Assembly: GCF_003428155.1 (NCBI RefSeq)
Contig: NZ_QLIR01000004.1
Location: 1-32,000, forward strand
DNA: 32,000 bases
Source: Fastidiosibacter lacustris
GTDB lineage: Bacteria; Pseudomonadota; Gammaproteobacteria; Francisellales; Francisellaceae
Direction: 5' to 3'
A model generated the notes under the pieces. The model saw only the letters and a program-made list of their open reading frames with translations, made no database searches and was not told the DNA's origin. The position numbers and the translations under genes are program-made. The stretch's first letter is position 1. Every line of letters begins with the position of its first letter. This document shows, piece after piece, positions 1 to 9,732 of this stretch.

Positions 1-411
1 TTCATTGGTTATTTTGTGCAAATAACCGTGTTTATCATATTGATACCTCATCACAGTATCACTGCTGTTGTAAGGCGCTTGAACCGTAGCGGGAATAAAA
101 TGCTGATCATTCAGATACGTATAACGCGATTGTCTTGTATTGCTTTTATCAGCAGCGTTTACGGTGCTTATGTTTAACAGTCTGTTATGATTGTCATACT
201 CAAACGAGGTGACTAAGCCATTGACTTCATTAGTGATCAATTGAGGCAGTTCAGCTTCAGTAAACTGATAGCTGATCTTCAAAGCATTATCCTCGGTGCA
301 TTGCTGGACGAAAAAAAGGTTATTAGGGCAAGTATTCCCATAAGCGTATACTAAGGGAGACAGTAAAGACGATAGAATAAGGAGAGAGATTATTGAGCTT
401 TTTTTAACCAT
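1..411 (-). CDS. YD/Rhs-like repeat protein with N-terminal signal peptide, partial (C-terminus runs off window)
   Basis: Reverse strand is open from ATG at 411 to the window edge: MVKKSSIISLLILSSLLSPLVYAYGNTCPNN...VTSFEYDNHNRLLNISTVNAADKSN...RYTYLNDQHFIPATVQAPYNSSDTVMRYQYDKHGYLHKITNE. Lipophilic signal peptide followed by YD-repeat-like segments (FEYDNHNRL, YQYDKHGYL). Confidence 0.6.
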   Translation of the reverse strand, partial: MVKKSSIISLLILSSLLSPLVYAYGNTCPNNLFFVQQCTEDNALKISYQFTEAELPQLITNEVNGLVTSFEYDNHNRLLNISTVNAADKSNTRQSRYTYLNDQHFIPATVQAPYNSSDTVMRYQYDKHGYLHKITNE

Positions 412-875
412 TTTTAACTCTTAAAGTCAGTTTAGGCACTGTTAGCAATAATATGAGGTTATGCCTAAGTAAGGTAGTGTTTTCAAGTAAAAAAATATTG
501 CATTATGTGTGGTGTGGAAATAACAATGCAGCTACTTTTTGTTACTACAAATACTTTGATCAGTTTGTTATCTGACCATTAGAATATAAATTGTAAATTT
601 AGACTTAGTGCTATTCTATCGTATAGAAGCGGTAATATGGTTGATTTTAGCTTGATAAAACAACAACAAAAACTGTTGTATGCATACAAACTCAATTCGA
701 TTAAAAATATAATGTTGCCGTTTCAATCAACTTAATTATGGGGAGAGATCAGATCAAAAGCAATGTGTCGCAACGTGTCAAAAAAGAGATGAGCATTTTG
801 AAGCATTTAGAATAAATTCTTAGAAAAAATGAAGGAATAGAATAAAACCCAGATTAATGGTAGTAGGTTAGGGGG

Positions 876-3800
876 ATGGTATCAATGACTTACCGTGATT
901 TAAAAGTTTTAAAAAATAGAAATCTTGCAGAAGAATACAATAAAATCTGCATAATAATAAGTCAATCTTCCTGGTTAAATGAATTTATTACTGTATTAAG
1001 AGCAGAAGGATGGCAAATTAAAGCAGTTTATACAGACGTTTATGCTTCAATAATGCATAACGATAAGGAAATACTATGTTATCCACTACATAAAGCACTG
1101 TGTGACATTGATAAAACACAGGTAAATTATGTTTTTAGTATTGTGAATCCAATTATCTTGCCTCAACGTATTTTACAAAAATCAATTTGTGTGAACTTTC
1201 ATCCTGCATTGTTACCAAAATATGCTGGAGTATGTCCTGTAAATTGGGCAATTTTTCAGTCTGAAAAAACACATGGTTATACATGGCACTTTTGCAGTGA
1301 GAAAATCGATCAAGGTGCAATATTATTTCAATCAAAAATACCTGTATTGCCAAATGATAATGCAAAAAAACTTATGTTAAGGTGCTACAAAAAAGCTGTT
1401 GATGAGTTTTCTCACGTTTTGGAAATACTACTAGATTCTAAGTTTTGTCTTAGAGAAACAGATTCGATTGAGTATTATGGATATAATAGAAAGCCAAATT
1501 TTTTATTAACAGATTTTGAAGATTATGCAAGTTGCAAAAGACTATTAAATGCATCTGAATCAATGGATTCCTATAACGATTTTGGTGTTGTCAAAATACT
1601 TTTGGGCAAACACTTTTATATTCTTGATGTGCTGAATAAGGCTTTCAATACATCCAAGCAAGCCGATGATAGTATAATTTATTGGAATGGACAGAAATAT
1701 TATGCGCAACTGCGGTCCCTCTATGGTGATTCTGTGATTGAAAATGCGGTCTTGTCTCACATAGAAAGCATATATATACAAAATTATTTTACCCATGTTG
1801 ATAAGCTTGGAAAATACGAATATTATTGGCTGGGTCTTTTAAGAAATTTTATGAGCCCTAAGTTGTTTTCGTATGTTAATTATGCCTATAAGAATGTCAA
1901 TAATCGATTATCTTTTCAATGTGATTTCTTGAATGAAATTGATTTACCTTATAATAAAAAAGAACTTATTTTTGCTTTATGGTGTTGTATTATTTTAAAA
2001 ATCACAAATTACCAAACAAGCACAATTTGGTTAACCCATAACTATGCAATAAATGAAAAGTTACAACCATTGTTTTACCCTTATATTCCTTTTTTGTTAA
2101 AGGAGGTTGAACACACTAGTATCTTGGAATTTATTCAGTTTTTTATAGAGAAAAAAAATAAAATACGAGATAAATATTTTTTTCTGACAGATTTATTCGC
2201 AAGAGATTTTGTACTAAAAGAGGAAAAGGAGCAGTTTTCAAGCTTTTCATTTAGCTTTTCGTATGCAAATAGCATTGCATGTCAAAATCATCCTGTAATT
2301 TTTTATTATGACCAAAATAATAATATGATGTACGTTGATTGTTTTTTACCTGAGAATAGCTTTCTAATAAAAGCTTTAGCACAGTTTGAAACATACTTTA
2401 ACATACTAACTTCATATCATTTGAATTCGAAGTTAAATGAAATTTCGTTGAATAACAGGGTAAAAACGCAAGCTTTTGATATGAATAGGGTCTTGATGCA
2501 AAATACTAAATACCAAAAGCGACTTGAGCAATTGGTTAAAGATAATGCATATGCTCAACCAAATCATACTATTGTTGTACAAAATGATCAGCAATATACC
2601 TATAAAACGTTAGTGAACGATGTCTTACATTTGTCACAAGCTTTGTCTTTCTATATCCCAGCTTCAACAATTATTGGTTTAATTGTTCCACGAGGTTACG
2701 TTTTTATCAAAAATATGTTAGCTATTTTGGAAAATAAGTCTGCCTATTTACCGATTTTCCATGAAATGGATGAAGCTGTCATGCTTGATTTGATGCTCGA
2801 AATTGGCACGTATGGGTTTATCACGGATCGCATGGTTGAGGATGATAGAGTTGCATCCAAAATTAAAATAGATTCAAACTGCTTTTTTTATATTTTTAAG
2901 CAAAAAGAAAAAGTACGGTATTTATCTGATAACGTAGCATACGTGATGTTTACTTCTGGTTCCACAGGCAAACCAAAAGGGATTCCAATTAAACATTCTA
3001 ATATTATTAATTTATGTGAAACAGATTTTATTAGAGGGATTACAAAAAATAAAAAAGTGATGCATAACAGCCAGGTTTCATTTGATGCAGCTACGTTTGA
3101 GATTTGGGGTTCTTTGTTAAACACATCAACTATTTACATTTTGGAAAACTGTTATTTAATGAGAGAAAAGGCTTACGTTTTTGATTTTTGTAAGAAGTAT
3201 TCTATTAATACAATGTGGATGAGCACAAAGCTGTTTGAGTCTTATTTAACAGACATGGCATTATTATCACGGAGCGAGCTTGAATATTTGGTGTATGGCG
3301 GTGAAAGTTGTAATGTTAGCTTAATAAAAAAATTCAGTTCATCTTGCCCATTAAAGTTGATCCATGTATATGGTCCAACAGAGAATACCGTATTTAGTAC
3401 TATACATGAATGGAAACATGACGATGAGAGCTTTTATAATGACTATCCAAATATAGGCAAGCCCTTGAAAAATGTTGAAGTTGAGGTTTATGATAAATAT
3501 TTCAATACAATGCCTTACTACGTTCCTGAGAAGTTGTTTTTGTCTGGTTTAAGCCTTTTTGAAGGTTATCTCAACGCCCCTAATACAACGATTTCTTCCC
3601 AAGATAATAGAGCTGTTTACAACTCAGGAGACATTTGTTACCTAGATGGGAAAGGAGATTTACACATCATTGGTCGTGATGACAAACTCGTTAAATTAAA
3701 TGGTTATCGTATTGAATTGCGTCATGTGGAAAGTATTTTAGCAATTAACCCTGCTGTTACATCCTGTAAAGCTGAAGTGTTCAAGATGGATAATGGTCAG

Positions 3801-5621
3801 CAGTACTTGGTAGCTTTTATCATTAGTGACAATATTAATCAGGATGAATATGAGAAGAGTATTCGCCATACATTACCAAAGTATATGATCCCAAGCTATT
3901 ACTTATATTTGGATAAGTGGCCATTAACAAGAAATGGTAAGCTAGATAGAAAAGCATTAGTCGAACGTTTTAATACTCATATCACCCAGTATCATGAACA
4001 AAAGTTAATTTGTTCAAATACTCTTAGCTTAGATAATATAATTACATTATTTCAAAAAGTTTTACCTAGTAAACATATTGCCTTAGATGGTGATTTTTTT
4101 GACTTGGGTGGAGATTCTTTATCTTTAGTCTATTTAAAGACTGAAGTAAAAAAAAGCTTTGATTTTGATTTGTCATTAGTGCAATTTTTAGAAGCTCCAA
4201 CTCCTAGGGGATTGTATGGTTTATTAACGGATGAAAACAGTACTTCAAATTACAACGTAACGGATTATATATTAAAACGGTTTAATGAATACAAAAAAGA
4301 AATTGATGAGTCTGTAGTAACCGATTCGTTTGACATGGAGGTAAGTTGCAAAAACATTCTTCTTACAGGAGCGACTGGATTTTTAGGAAGCGAGGTCTTG
4401 CGATATTTGTGTCAATATAAGAAAAATACACAAGTATATTGTTTGATAAGAGCAAAAGGTCAAGCATTTGACGTAAGAGTAAATGAATTGTTGCAAAGTT
4501 TGAAGCTTGATCAAGTAAATTTCAGTAATATTCATTTTATCAATGGTGACCTTGAAAAGTTTCAATTTGGACTTTCAGACGACGATTACCATAATTTGGC
4601 TTGCAAGGTAACCTCAATTATTCACTGTGCTTGCCACGTTCACCATTTATATAGCTATAAACAACTTGAGCAAGCCAACGTTTTTTCAACGCTAGAATTG
4701 ATCAAGTTTGCATTTTTAGGGGTAAGGAAAATGATTGTTTACACATCTTCAATATCCGCAGTTGTGCCAAAAGATGTGTCGCAAACGATTTATGAAAAAG
4801 TTTATACAGACATCCATGATTTAGCTTTAGCCAATGGCTATAATCAGACAAAATACGTTAGTGAGCTGCTACTAAATTATGCTCATCAAAAAGGGATGGC
4901 ATGCATTATTGTTAGACCTGGCTGGATTGTTGGTAATAGCCAAAGTGGTTATTTTATAACAGAAAACGATCATTATTCTATGATACTTCGTTCAGTATTA
5001 AGTTTTGGTTATGCGCCAGAATTGAATTTCAATATCAACTTTATACCTGTTGATACATTGTCAGAATTGCTAGTTAAACTAGCAAATCAAGGAAAAGAAA
5101 ATAACAAAAAAATGCAGATTATGAACCTTAAAAATAGCAAACCTCTAGCATGGCAAAGGTTGTTGAAGTTTTTAAATATGAAAAAAAGAAAAGTTATTTA
5201 TGATACAGGTCAATGGTATCAAACACTGTTAAATACAGACGAAAAATCACCGCTATTTGTTTTAAAATCACTTTATGAATCAGCAGACAAATTAAGGTTA
5301 CTGTCAAAGTATCATATTATGAAAATCGATACGACTACATGTAAAGATTGGATGCGTCAATGTGGTATAACATTCCCAAGACTAGGAAGTAAAATCATGA
5401 TGAATTTATTTCAGGCAATTGTTCCAGAATCAACGAATACGCCAAAACCTTTTATGTTGACAAACTGGTGGCAAATTATAGGTGATTTTTTAAATACAGC
5501 AAAAATAAAGGTGATAAAAATACTCAGGAAAAACAAAATAATTTCTATTGTTGGTCCCTTGATTCTCACGTCATTATTGATATATATTTTTGATTTTTTA
5601 AGCATAGTCATTTTAGAGTAA
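876..5621 (+). CDS. Single-module NRPS-like protein: formyltransferase - condensation-like - adenylation - peptidyl carrier - thioester reductase - hydrophobic C-terminal tail
   Basis: Formyltransferase motif ICVNFHPALLPKYAG (N-x-H) and KIDQGAIL (Asp). Adenylation motifs YVMFTSGSTGKPKG, YGPTENT, NSGDICYLDGKGDLHIIGRDDKLVKLNGYRIE, LTRNGKLDRKAL. Carrier site FFDLGGDSLSL. Reductase NAD(P) motif ILLTGATGFLGSEVLR and YNQTK (YxxxK). Hydrophobic C-terminal segment IISIVGPLILTSLLIYIFDFLSIVI. Confidence 0.93.
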   Translation: MVSMTYRDLKVLKNRNLAEEYNKICIIISQSSWLNEFITVLRAEGWQIKAVYTDVYASIMHNDKEILCYPLHKALCDIDKTQVNYVFSIVNPIILPQRILQKSICVNFHPALLPKYAGVCPVNWAIFQSEKTHGYTWHFCSEKIDQGAILFQSKIPVLPNDNAKKLMLRCYKKAVDEFSHVLEILLDSKFCLRETDSIEYYGYNRKPNFLLTDFEDYASCKRLLNASESMDSYNDFGVVKILLGKHFYILDVLNKAFNTSKQADDSIIYWNGQKYYAQLRSLYGDSVIENAVLSHIESIYIQNYFTHVDKLGKYEYYWLGLLRNFMSPKLFSYVNYAYKNVNNRLSFQCDFLNEIDLPYNKKELIFALWCCIILKITNYQTSTIWLTHNYAINEKLQPLFYPYIPFLLKEVEHTSILEFIQFFIEKKNKIRDKYFFLTDLFARDFVLKEEKEQFSSFSFSFSYANSIACQNHPVIFYYDQNNNMMYVDCFLPENSFLIKALAQFETYFNILTSYHLNSKLNEISLNNRVKTQAFDMNRVLMQNTKYQKRLEQLVKDNAYAQPNHTIVVQNDQQYTYKTLVNDVLHLSQALSFYIPASTIIGLIVPRGYVFIKNMLAILENKSAYLPIFHEMDEAVMLDLMLEIGTYGFITDRMVEDDRVASKIKIDSNCFFYIFKQKEKVRYLSDNVAYVMFTSGSTGKPKGIPIKHSNIINLCETDFIRGITKNKKVMHNSQVSFDAATFEIWGSLLNTSTIYILENCYLMREKAYVFDFCKKYSINTMWMSTKLFESYLTDMALLSRSELEYLVYGGESCNVSLIKKFSSSCPLKLIHVYGPTENTVFSTIHEWKHDDESFYNDYPNIGKPLKNVEVEVYDKYFNTMPYYVPEKLFLSGLSLFEGYLNAPNTTISSQDNRAVYNSGDICYLDGKGDLHIIGRDDKLVKLNGYRIELRHVESILAINPAVTSCKAEVFKMDNGQQYLVAFIISDNINQDEYEKSIRHTLPKYMIPSYYLYLDKWPLTRNGKLDRKALVERFNTHITQYHEQKLICSNTLSLDNIITLFQKVLPSKHIALDGDFFDLGGDSLSLVYLKTEVKKSFDFDLSLVQFLEAPTPRGLYGLLTDENSTSNYNVTDYILKRFNEYKKEIDESVVTDSFDMEVSCKNILLTGATGFLGSEVLRYLCQYKKNTQVYCLIRAKGQAFDVRVNELLQSLKLDQVNFSNIHFINGDLEKFQFGLSDDDYHNLACKVTSIIHCACHVHHLYSYKQLEQANVFSTLELIKFAFLGVRKMIVYTSSISAVVPKDVSQTIYEKVYTDIHDLALANGYNQTKYVSELLLNYAHQKGMACIIVRPGWIVGNSQSGYFITENDHYSMILRSVLSFGYAPELNFNINFIPVDTLSELLVKLANQGKENNKKMQIMNLKNSKPLAWQRLLKFLNMKKRKVIYDTGQWYQTLLNTDEKSPLFVLKSLYESADKLRLLSKYHIMKIDTTTCKDWMRQCGITFPRLGSKIMMNLFQAIVPESTNTPKPFMLTNWWQIIGDFLNTAKIKVIKILRKNKIISIVGPLILTSLLIYIFDFLSIVILE

Positions 5622-5665
5622 AAATTACTTGAATGCTAAGCTTGTAAGTTTAAAGGAGATGTGAT

Positions 5666-7180
5666 TTGGATAAACAAGATAAAGAATTAAACGTTATAGT
5701 AAATCAATATGGAATAATAGAATGTATTGATAGCAAATGTGGAAGTAGCTCAAATTTTACTGCTTTTGTAGGTAAAAGTTATAATGAAGTTTTTAAAAAA
5801 ACACATCTATTTGGTTTGGATATAGACATCAAGGATATAGTACGACTTGATTGGAAATCGAGGAATAATGATATTGAATGCAAAAGGCATTATATAGTAG
5901 TAGTTAATAACCGTGATCACGGTATCGTAAAATATAAGTTAATTAATATAGATGAAATTTTATATACAGCTGAAATGGTAATTAAAGCTAAGACTCATGA
6001 GTTAGAAAGTATTATTGATATGATACCAGGAATCCTTTATTGGAAAGATGGAAGGGGAACCTACATAAAAACAAATAACTCTATACTTGCTGGTGGCATT
6101 AAAGTTAAAGATTTGCTTGGAAAAAATGACAAAGAGATTTGGTCAGAAAAAGCAGAAGAACTCAGTCAGCATGATAATCAAATTATGATGGGCATAGTTG
6201 AAGAAAAAGTGTTAGAAGAGTCTACAGTAGAAAATGGAGAAATTAAATATTATATTGCACATAAGAAGCCATACAAAGACCATAATAACAAAATAATTGG
6301 CATTATTGGCTTATCGATAGATATAACAGAACGCAAAAAACTTGAAGCTGAGACCATCCGCCAAAAAAATCAACTTGAAAAAAAGTTAGAATATCAAAAG
6401 AACTATTTTAAAGCTTATGGATACGATTATGTGGACGCACTTAAAAAAATCTCCGATGCACTTGAGAATATTGAAAAACGACTAATGAGACTTGATATGC
6501 CAACTGGGGTACGTAGTGAACTCAATGATGAGTTTTATAATATTAATGAAAGTTTATCTGACATATACTCGCTTTATCAAAAAATAAATACATCAATATT
6601 AGATCAAGAACGCAATAATGATGATCTAGAAAAAAATCAAATGCCACTTCACTTAGAACATTTAGTTGAAACGGAAGTCGATTTAGCAAAGGCTTGCATT
6701 AGTGCTGAATTTGATGTGAATGTCTCGTTTGATATGGATGAAAAATCCAAACAAAAGCTTTATGTCGATTATAAAAAAGTCAGGCACATTATCCGCACTT
6801 TATTTGCCAATTACACAAAAGCCATAGATAGAGACAGTAGAAAAAAAGACATTCGTTTAACTATCACTGCCGAAGATGGTATGAAAGATAAATTGTATGT
6901 TACTTTTGAATTTGATGGCAATATGCCCTTTCTAGAATTAGAAGACGGTAATATTCGCGCAGAGCATCTTGTCTATAAATCTCAAAGCCATATCGCCACA
7001 GATAAACATAACTTTGCTTATGATCTTTCCTTAGCCAAGTATTATGCTGACTTGCTCTGTGATGGCGAAGAATTGAATGATTCATTATTTGAAGGACCAA
7101 GCTTTTCGTTTACCTTACCGTTTCGCAAAGTCGAAAACGATGGCAACGCTAAAGTATTTAAGCCTGTGTTGATTGAATGA
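5666..7180 (+). CDS. PAS-domain sensor protein with degenerate histidine-kinase-like core (TTG start)
   Basis: TTG start at 5666 preceded by aaaggag. PAS domain ELESIIDMIPGILYWKDGRGTYIKTNN...IGIIGLSIDITERKKLE. HATPase-like C-terminal half (HIIRTLFANYTKAI resembles an N-box; FSFTLPF end). Confidence 0.75.
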   Translation: MDKQDKELNVIVNQYGIIECIDSKCGSSSNFTAFVGKSYNEVFKKTHLFGLDIDIKDIVRLDWKSRNNDIECKRHYIVVVNNRDHGIVKYKLINIDEILYTAEMVIKAKTHELESIIDMIPGILYWKDGRGTYIKTNNSILAGGIKVKDLLGKNDKEIWSEKAEELSQHDNQIMMGIVEEKVLEESTVENGEIKYYIAHKKPYKDHNNKIIGIIGLSIDITERKKLEAETIRQKNQLEKKLEYQKNYFKAYGYDYVDALKKISDALENIEKRLMRLDMPTGVRSELNDEFYNINESLSDIYSLYQKINTSILDQERNNDDLEKNQMPLHLEHLVETEVDLAKACISAEFDVNVSFDMDEKSKQKLYVDYKKVRHIIRTLFANYTKAIDRDSRKKDIRLTITAEDGMKDKLYVTFEFDGNMPFLELEDGNIRAEHLVYKSQSHIATDKHNFAYDLSLAKYYADLLCDGEELNDSLFEGPSFSFTLPFRKVENDGNAKVFKPVLIE

Positions 7181-7416
7181 TGAATCTAATAACAGAAGCA
7201 GCAACAAATTATTTTACTCTCTGAACTTCTAACTAAAATCAAATGCACTCTTGACCGCAAATTTAAAGGCGGTGATGATGACATAACAAAGAAAGAGCGA
7301 CTGTTTTTTGGTTAGTCGTTTTCTCTAAATTGGGATTTAGCTAGTATTAAGCACTAGCTTCTATAGCGGCTTTTAGCTATGATGCACACGTTTTCATCAT
7401 CAAAAAGGTATAGAAT

Positions 7417-8238
7417 ATGTTTAAAAAGCTTGCTGTTTTTTTCTCACTACTTATGGTTGCTTTAAGCGGCTTTCAACTTGCAGAGGCCAAACGCTTTGGA
7501 GGTGGATCAAGCCACGGCTATAGTCGTTCAGCACCAACGCAAACACATAATAATGCGACTCATACCAATGCAACTCAGAAACAAACAGGTATGGGCACTT
7601 TTGGTAAAATCCTAACAGCACTTGGGCTTGGCGCTTTATTTGCTTGGTTGTTTAGCGCGCATGGTATGACAGGTTTACTCATTGTTATTGCACTTATTGC
7701 ATTAGTTGTTTTCATCATGCGCAGAAAAGCGATGCAGCACCAAATTAATCATAAATCCAATAGTAATTTTCAATATCAGCAGCCTTCCTCACTGCATTCA
7801 GTAGCAAATGCTTTTACCCAGCATGAAAATGTAACAACTCAAAGCGCAATGTCATCGAATACGATTCAAAATGGTCAACTTCCTGATGGCACACCTGAAA
7901 CGGTGTTTAACCATCAAGCTTTAAATTTATTTAACCAGCTACAATCATTAAACAATAAGACTGGGCTTGAAAAGATTAAAAGCTACATCACTGAAGACTT
8001 ATATAAAAGTGTAATTAATGATATTCAAAGCAATGAAGAGCTTGCCGAATTTAAAGATGTTAGCTGCAAAGTTATTGATTGTGACCGACAAGGCGATCAA
8101 TGGATTGCAAGTGTCATGTTTGTTGGACAAGTTAAGGAAAATAGTTCAGGTGATTGGCAAAATTTTGAAGAAATATGGCACTTTACACGCGAAGATGGAG
8201 AGCACTTATGGCAAGTTGCAGGGGTGCAGCAGTTCTAA
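7417..8238 (+). CDS. Tim44-like domain membrane protein
   Basis: N-terminal signal/TM, AKRFGGGSSHGYSRS glycine/serine-rich segment, TM FGKILTALGLGALFAWLFS, Tim44-like C-terminal domain (LNLFNQLQSLNNKTGLEKIKSYITEDLYKSV...WHFTREDGEHLWQVAGVQQF). Confidence 0.75.
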   Translation: MFKKLAVFFSLLMVALSGFQLAEAKRFGGGSSHGYSRSAPTQTHNNATHTNATQKQTGMGTFGKILTALGLGALFAWLFSAHGMTGLLIVIALIALVVFIMRRKAMQHQINHKSNSNFQYQQPSSLHSVANAFTQHENVTTQSAMSSNTIQNGQLPDGTPETVFNHQALNLFNQLQSLNNKTGLEKIKSYITEDLYKSVINDIQSNEELAEFKDVSCKVIDCDRQGDQWIASVMFVGQVKENSSGDWQNFEEIWHFTREDGEHLWQVAGVQQF

Positions 8239-8364
8239 ACTTGTCAGTTAGCCTTGCAATTCAAAAACAGCTTTGTATAATGCCAAAACTCTATATCCCC
8301 ATTGCGAATCATTCAATTCATTCACGACAGGGATCAAAAAAATAAAATAAAAAGGATACTCAAA

Positions 8365-8790
8365 ATGGCAATTGAAAGAACACTTTCTATTATTAAACCT
8401 GATGCTGTAGCTAAAAACGTTATCGGTGAAATATACTCTCGCTTTGAGAAAGCTGGCTTAAAAGTGATTGCAGCTAAAATGAAGCAACTATCTAGCAAAG
8501 AAGCAAGTGAGTTTTATGCCGTACACAAAGCACGACCTTTCTATAATGACTTAGTTAAATTTATGACTTCAGGTCCTGTTATGATTCAAGTGTTAGAAGG
8601 TCATAATGCAATCCTTAAAAACCGTGAATTAATGGGTGCCACGAATCCTAAAGAAGCAGCTCCTGGTACAATTCGCGCTGATTTTGCTGATAGTATTGAC
8701 GCCAATGCAGTGCATGGTTCAGATGCAGCTGAAACAGCCGCTGTAGAAATTGCATTTTTCTTTAGTGGTTTAGAAGTTTATCCACGTTAA
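8365..8790 (+). CDS. ndk: Nucleoside diphosphate kinase (start moved from the 8302 ORF to ATG 8365)
   Basis: [21 protein letters not shown]...[40 protein letters not shown]. An aaaagga RBS precedes ATG 8365. Confidence 0.95.
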   Translation: MAIERTLSIIKPDAVAKNVIGEIYSRFEKAGLKVIAAKMKQLSSKEASEFYAVHKARPFYNDLVKFMTSGPVMIQVLEGHNAILKNRELMGATNPKEAAPGTIRADFADSIDANAVHGSDAAETAAVEIAFFFSGLEVYPR

Positions 8791-8817
8791 CCACTTAACA
8801 GAATAAGTTATAAGATC

Positions 8818-9729
8818 TCAGCCAACCAAATCAGGTAAAATAAGCTTACCTTTTACAAAAGGCGGACACCATAAAAATTGAGTTGATATTATCTTTGAGA
8901 ATTTAAATAAACCATCTATGATCCCGTCCTCTTCTCCTATCATTCGTGCAAATTGCACTTCAAAGGGATAAAAATCTTGTGCAAAGCAAGAAAATATCAA
9001 TCCTCCATTCAATTGATCGTTAATCCAAGGCATTGACCGGCGCCACATAAAGGCTTCCGGTTCAAAACTCTCTTGTGCTGTACGCTTAATATGTGCTAAT
9101 GGCTTATTGTTTTCAAACTCTCGGTTATCATCTAAGCTTCTACCAATAAGCTCTTCTTTTGCATGCTGACTTGCTTTATCTAGCCAATCGAAATCATGGA
9201 GCCACTTTTGTATCACCCAACAGCTACTACCATCAATAAATTTATCGTCTGATTGAATAATAGCCGTATTAAACTGATCATCACCTTGCGGATTTTCTGT
9301 TCCATCCTCAAAACCAGATAAATCATGATTAACCAACTTGCCATTTTGCTCATGCGTCAAATAAGTACAAGCTCTTGCAATGTCACTACATACAAAAGCA
9401 TCTTGCAGTATTTTTATAAAACGCCTTGCGCTATGTGTTAGCACACCTTGATCATTATCTCTTAACCAAAGCACTAAATCGCAATCTGCTTTTGGGGTTA
9501 GCTTTTGTGCTTTTAGTGTTGGCGTATATGGGTGGTAAGGCGTATTTACTTGCAATAAAGCCATCACTTTGCCACCCAACCCTAAAATTGTTGAATCCCC
9601 ATCAACAAGTTGCAGCAAGCTTTGCAGTACTTGTTTGAGTTTATTTTTATGGGTTAACCTGAAAAACAAATAAATCGCTGACTTTGGTAGCTCTTTTAAA
9701 ATGCCAGATTGGTACTTTATTGTATTCAC
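8818..9729 (-). CDS. Dyp-type heme peroxidase
   Basis: LSGFEDGTENPQ (GxxDG motif) and C-terminal IISTQFLWCPPFVKG typical of the DyP family. Confidence 0.88.
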   Translation of the reverse strand: MNTIKYQSGILKELPKSAIYLFFRLTHKNKLKQVLQSLLQLVDGDSTILGLGGKVMALLQVNTPYHPYTPTLKAQKLTPKADCDLVLWLRDNDQGVLTHSARRFIKILQDAFVCSDIARACTYLTHEQNGKLVNHDLSGFEDGTENPQGDDQFNTAIIQSDDKFIDGSSCWVIQKWLHDFDWLDKASQHAKEELIGRSLDDNREFENNKPLAHIKRTAQESFEPEAFMWRRSMPWINDQLNGGLIFSCFAQDFYPFEVQFARMIGEEDGIIDGLFKFSKIISTQFLWCPPFVKGKLILPDLVG

Positions 9730-9732
9730 TTT

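Noticed and set aside
1153-5611. Minus-strand short ORFs within the NRPS-like gene
   Set aside because: Shadow ORFs of a clearly coding 1581-aa frame.
7280-7330. Weak inverted repeat GCGACT...AGTCG with T run after the sensor gene
   Set aside because: The stem is short with a large loop; could be a terminator but too weak to annotate.
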